Shown here: in pieces, positions 60,270-64,000 of the stretch
How the letters are laid out: each line of letters begins with the position of its first letter
How positions within the stretch are numbered: the stretch's first letter is position 1
Assembly: GCA_963705305.1 (NCBI GenBank)
Contig: OY970067.1
Span: 1,280,001-1,344,000 of the forward strand
DNA from: an uncultured Methylomirabilota bacterium
GTDB lineage: Bacteria > Methylomirabilota > Methylomirabilia > Methylomirabilales > 2-02-FULL-66-22
Direction of reading: 5' to 3'
Length of the DNA: 64,000 bases
The notes under the pieces: generated by a model
Databases searched by the model: none
What the model was told of the DNA's origin: nothing
What the model saw: the letters and a program-made list of their open reading frames with translations, nothing else
Position numbers and translations under genes: made by a program

Positions 60270-60895
60270 GGGGAACCTCGGGAAATGACCCGGCGGACGT
60301 CGTCCGGGGCCGGGAGGAGGTGCGTGCAGTCGGAGCCGTCCCCCGGCCGCAGGCTGCGAAATGGCCATCCGCCGAAGCACGGGCCGGCGGGGCGTCGAGT
60401 GCCCCAGGCGTCGCGGACGGTCATCTGGTCTCATGGGCGGCCACCGACGGCCGGCGCGGGGACCCAGACCACAGGGGGGACGCGGGATCTCATCGCCTGG
60501 CCCCCTCGATCCCTGCCCCCCATCTTCCCTGCCATGCGTCCGAACCGGCAGGCAGTCAGGGAACCACACCCGAGGGGAGGGTGCGGTCCCCTGACACGAG
60601 GGGCGGGAGGTGCGCGAGGGCTCCGGTGGGTGGAAACACCGCCAGCTGCGGAGGATGAGCTCGCCGGTCTGGAGGTCGGCGCAGTAGGTCGCCGGATCGG
60701 CGGCCGGGTGGCGCGGCGGGTGTGACGGGGACAGAACCGTCGGCGAGATCGCTCGGATGCTCGGTGTCGCCGAGGGCAGTGGAGATCCGATCGTCAGGGA
60801 CACCGGCGGATCGTGGGCGCACCCTGACACAGCCCGAGACGCGCCAGGGGAGGTCCCTGATGCGTCTCGGGCATGGTGGGAACGGGCGGCCCTGA

Positions 60896-61307
60896 TCAGA
60901 ACGGGACCTCGTCCGCGTTCGCCGGGGCGCCCGCTTCCGCCTCGGGCGCACTCGGCCCGGTGCCGTTGCTCGACCGGGGCCCGACGAACTGCACTCGCTC
61001 GGCGACCACCTCGAGCTTGCTACGCTTCTGGCCTTCGGGCGTCTCCCAGTTGCGCTGCTGCAGGTGCCCCTCGACCAGCACCGTCCGGCCCTTGGCGAGG
61101 TGCTGCCCGCAGGTCTCGGCCTGTTTGCCCCAAACGACCACCGTCAGGAAGCAGAACGTCCTCGCGCTTCTCGCCGGCCTGGGTGGTGTAGGCCCGGTTG
61201 ATGGCTAGGTCGAAGGTGCACACGGGGCTCCCGCTCGGGATGTACCGGAGTTCGGGGTCGCGCACGAGGTTGCCGCCGGCGAACAGCTTGTTCATCGTGA
61301 AGGCCAT
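60896..61307 (-). CDS. ssb: Single-stranded DNA-binding protein (apparent +1 frameshift near 61157)
   Basis: MNKL..GNLVRDPELRY / VVWGKQAE...LAKGR.VLVEG.L..R.WE..EGQKRSKLEV; C-terminal DEVPF. Confidence 0.9.
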
Positions 61308-62844
61308 GGTCCCGCTCCTTTCGTGCCCTCCCACTGGAGGGCGGCAGGGGCGTCAGAATAGGTGCCCCGGGGTGGAGGATCTATGAGTCGAGGGGTCCCA
61401 GTGCATCGGGGGCATGGGGCATCCCCTTGCACTACCGCGCACACCTTCGGAGGCCTGGACGATAGTCAGGAGGGCGTTCAGTAGAGAGGGGGCGAGGCGC
61501 ACCCGCGGGCATCGAAGAATGCTCGGAGATCGTGGCAGGCGGCGAGAAAGGTCCCGGCCGTCTGGGGGTGCTCCCGGTTGCCGGCAACGGTGAGTGCCTC
61601 GGAATCCGCGCCGATTCCCGGTGAGGTGCACGGCAACCCGGGGTGGGCTGGTTGGCAGAGGTCACGAGCGCAGCGTCAAGCGCTCGGACCGGAGGAACCG
61701 AGCTCCGCGGGAGTCCCCGGTCCGGGCGCCACGGCTGTGCGGCGTCCGGGGGGTCGAGCGGCCGATAGTGTGGAGCTCGATGCCGGTGAGGCCGAGATGC
61801 TGGAGCGTTTGCCTCGCCTCGGCGATCGTCATGCCGACGGATTTCGAGAGGATGATCGTCCTGCGCATGCCTGTCTCCTGTCCCTGCGCCTCCAGCGAGC
61901 CGGACTCGGTCGCAGCCGATGAGGATGGGTGCATCAAGGACAGCGTCTATCCCGTGGAAGCAGAGCGAGGCGAGGTCAACGGGGGCGCCGAGCCGCGGAG
62001 AGATGTCACGGATGGGCCGCGAGACCGCAGGGTGCCGAAGGGCAGCCGTCATCCCATTGTGGGGCAAGAACTGTAGGGCGGACCGGAGGCGCTTGCGGCA
62101 GCCTCGACAGGCGGCGATGGCGGCTCCGGCGCCTGCGATCGGCCGGATGGTGTGGTCGCGCAAGACCGGCGAGATGGAGACAGGTCAGGCATTCGTGACG
62201 GGGGGTCGCAACGGGCGAGGCTGCGCGCCTCAGCAAAGGCGCTGCACGGCGGGGCAGCGGTTCTGGCACGGCAGAGGTCTAGCAGACTCAGCGGGCATCG
62301 CGACGACGGGAGATTCACGAGGGGCAGCGGTCATCGAATTGCCGGTGCGATGGGTGTCGACAAGCAGCGGATGGAGGGACAGGAATCGCCGGGGAGAGGG
62401 GGGTGATGCCTACGGCCGCGGCGCAGGGCGTGTCAAGGATTGGGCGGCGGCGAGGTGGATGTCTTCGGAGATGGGGGAATCGTGATCGGTGCTATTCACA
62501 GTACCCGTGGTGGTCGGGTGGTGGCAACGGGGGCGGCGCGCGCGAGCGCTCGCAACGATCGAGGCGTTAAGGGGGCACGGTCTTGCGAGAGCCTCCGCAT
62601 CGTGGAGCGGGCTGACTGGATTACCAGCGACGGCTTGAAAGACGTCAGGCAGATCGGCCGTCGTTTCAGCCTCTGGACCTCACAGAAGCTGGACCGCTCG
62701 ACGCGGCAACGGAGTTCGTTCGGAGGTCTCCGATGTTGCTCCGGCATGTGACACAAATCTGCAGAGCGGTGCACTTCGTGACTGGTGGAGGGGACCGCGA
62801 TGGGGATGGGCGAAAAGGGTGTTGGGAGACGCAGTGATTGCTAG

Positions 62845-63125
62845 GGGTGGAATCGACAGCCCTTTTTGCCAAACCATCGAACAGCAAAATCGCCCACTTA
62901 GCGCGCCGCCCCACAGAGTCGTTAACCGCCCGTCGGTAACCGGCGCAACGTCGCCTACAGCAAATCCGCGAGGTTCCGGTCCCGCACGGGCCGCATTGGC
63001 AAAGGGGTGGATTCGACCGCTCGGATGGGCGGGGCGATCCTGGGCGTGCGTCGGTAACCGCGCGGTTACCGACGCACGCCATGGCGCGACTTCCGGCCGT
63101 CAACTGTATCCGGGTGGAATCGACC
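62845..63125. repeat. Three copies of GGGTGGA(A/T)TCGAC
   Basis: Copies at 62845, 63005 and 63112. Confidence 0.75.
63043..63080. repeat. Perfect 38-bp palindrome
   Basis: ggcgtgcgtcggtaaccgc|gcggttaccgacgcacgcc, no loop. Confidence 0.95.
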
Positions 63126-63811
63126 GAGGCCACCGCTTCCCTCAGGACCCTTAGCGGTGCCGACTCCTGCTCCAATGCAACACGGCGTGTCGGAAAGCAG
63201 GAAATGGATAACTCGCGGTCAGTCCTGAACGAAACCGGAAATGTGCATGTCGAAAGACAACATCGGGTGGCCGATCACTCGAGTGTCTGAGGATTCACGG
63301 TGAGTTATGATGACCCGCGATGGTGAGCCGGTGACGACGAGGCTGAGCCGCCTGCTGCGGTGGGCGGTCGAAGCCATCGCCGCCAGGGGCGATCTTTGCG
63401 TCGATTGGTACCACCGGGCGGGATGATTCAGGGGCGGCGATGCCGGCGGCGAGAGGGTGCCAGAGGATCCGGTAGTCTTGCAGGACAAGCCTCGGCTCCG
63501 AGTCCAGGTGGCAGGCTGAGACGACAGAACTGGAGGGCCCGGCCCTCCAAGTCCAGAGCGCTGCCGGCGTACCGACCTGGGGCAAGATCCTCGCACAGGG
63601 CGCAGCAAACGACAGGCGCCGACGCCCTCACCACGGAAGGGCGCGGTGAGAATCGACGACTTCCTAGATGCACCCGAGCGCCCCGAGAGGGCTGGGAACA
63701 ACCAGAACGGTCAGGGTGAGGCTGGGGGGCCAATCCCCGCGACGGCCATGTCGCATGGGGCGGTCGGTTTGGCCAGCCATGCCCCCCCTCTGACGCCTTT
63801 TCCGTCCTCGC

Positions 63812-64000
63812 CTACCACGGCCTTTGGGGTGGCGCGGGCGGGTCCATGAACAGCACGATCCCAAGCAGGTATGCCACCAAGCACAGCGCGAGAATGATCG
63901 GCGAAAGCGTGGTGGCGTACGCCCAGAGCCTCAGCGCGAGGTCGAATTCACCGAGATCCTGGCCGCGGCGAACTGCTCGTCGGTGGCTCCGCACCGCCAG
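63812..64000 (-). CDS. Partial membrane protein (5' end outside the window)
   Basis: Open frame to the window edge with hydrophobic segment LSPIILALCLVAYLLGIVLF. Confidence 0.45.
   Translation of the reverse strand: MAVRSHRRAVRRGQDLGEFDLALRLWAYATTLSPIILALCLVAYLLGIVLFMDPPAPPQRPW

Larger units (their letters stand above)
12935..64000. mobile_element. Integrative element/genomic island (ICE-like backbone with defence cargo), likely continuing beyond the window
   Basis: Primase, SF2 helicase + methyltransferase, UvrD, RadC, SSB, excisionase-like HTHs, phage-type recombination genes and many defence-type genes; no housekeeping genes. Boundaries are inferred and no integrase is in the window. Confidence 0.6.

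Noticed and set aside
61350..63800. Numerous short ORFs in the track
   Set aside because: Arg/Pro/Gly-rich translations without motifs or clear RBS, as expected by chance in high-GC DNA.
1..64000. Long antisense ORFs over transposases and other genes (e.g. 13-1500, 8423-9826, 34253-35614, 54783-56234)
   Set aside because: Alternative-frame or antisense shadows of well-supported genes; no independent motifs.
1..64000. tRNA, rRNA or integrase marking an attachment site
   Set aside because: None recognised by eye; tRNAscan-SE and HMM searches would be needed to exclude them fully.

Overview
GC-rich bacterial window with three parts. (1) 1-12.8 kb: a partly decayed minus-strand catabolic cluster (atypical Sdh/Frd-like flavoprotein plus Fe-S subunit, amidohydrolase and ABC-permease remnants, HpcH aldolase, IlvD/Edd dehydratase), bracketed by IS481-like, IS3-remnant, ISL3, IS1380 and IS1202-like elements. 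The IS1380 sits inside the 16-bp target duplication of the IS1202-like element. (2) ~13-49 kb: defence-island-type cargo of an integrative element: nucleotidyltransferase TA-like pair, Cas4-like exonuclease plus gp3-like protein, HNH with a two-gene partner module, SIR2, PD-(D/E)xK, type III R-M, and PHP-ATPase plus AlbA_2/Schlafen. (3) ~41-64 kb, overlapping part 2: ICE-type backbone genes (primase, SWIM, MoxR/vWA, SF2 helicase, methyltransferase, UvrD, RadC, SSB) and a non-coding region with a perfect 38-bp palindrome and iterated motifs. The most novel-looking locus is 30.0-32.5 kb. A divergent XRE + ImmA/IrrE regulator pair faces a promoter-driven operon of a 39-aa His/Pro-rich peptide (missed by the ORF track), a stand-alone E2/UBC-fold protein with a SEC-C motif and a membrane metal-hydrolase, followed by a nuclease and a SIR2 gene. 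No E1, ubiquitin-like or CD-NTase gene is recognisable, so this may be an undescribed peptide-conjugation defence system. No integrase, rRNA, tRNA or CRISPR array was seen. All family calls are from motif recognition, not database searches.
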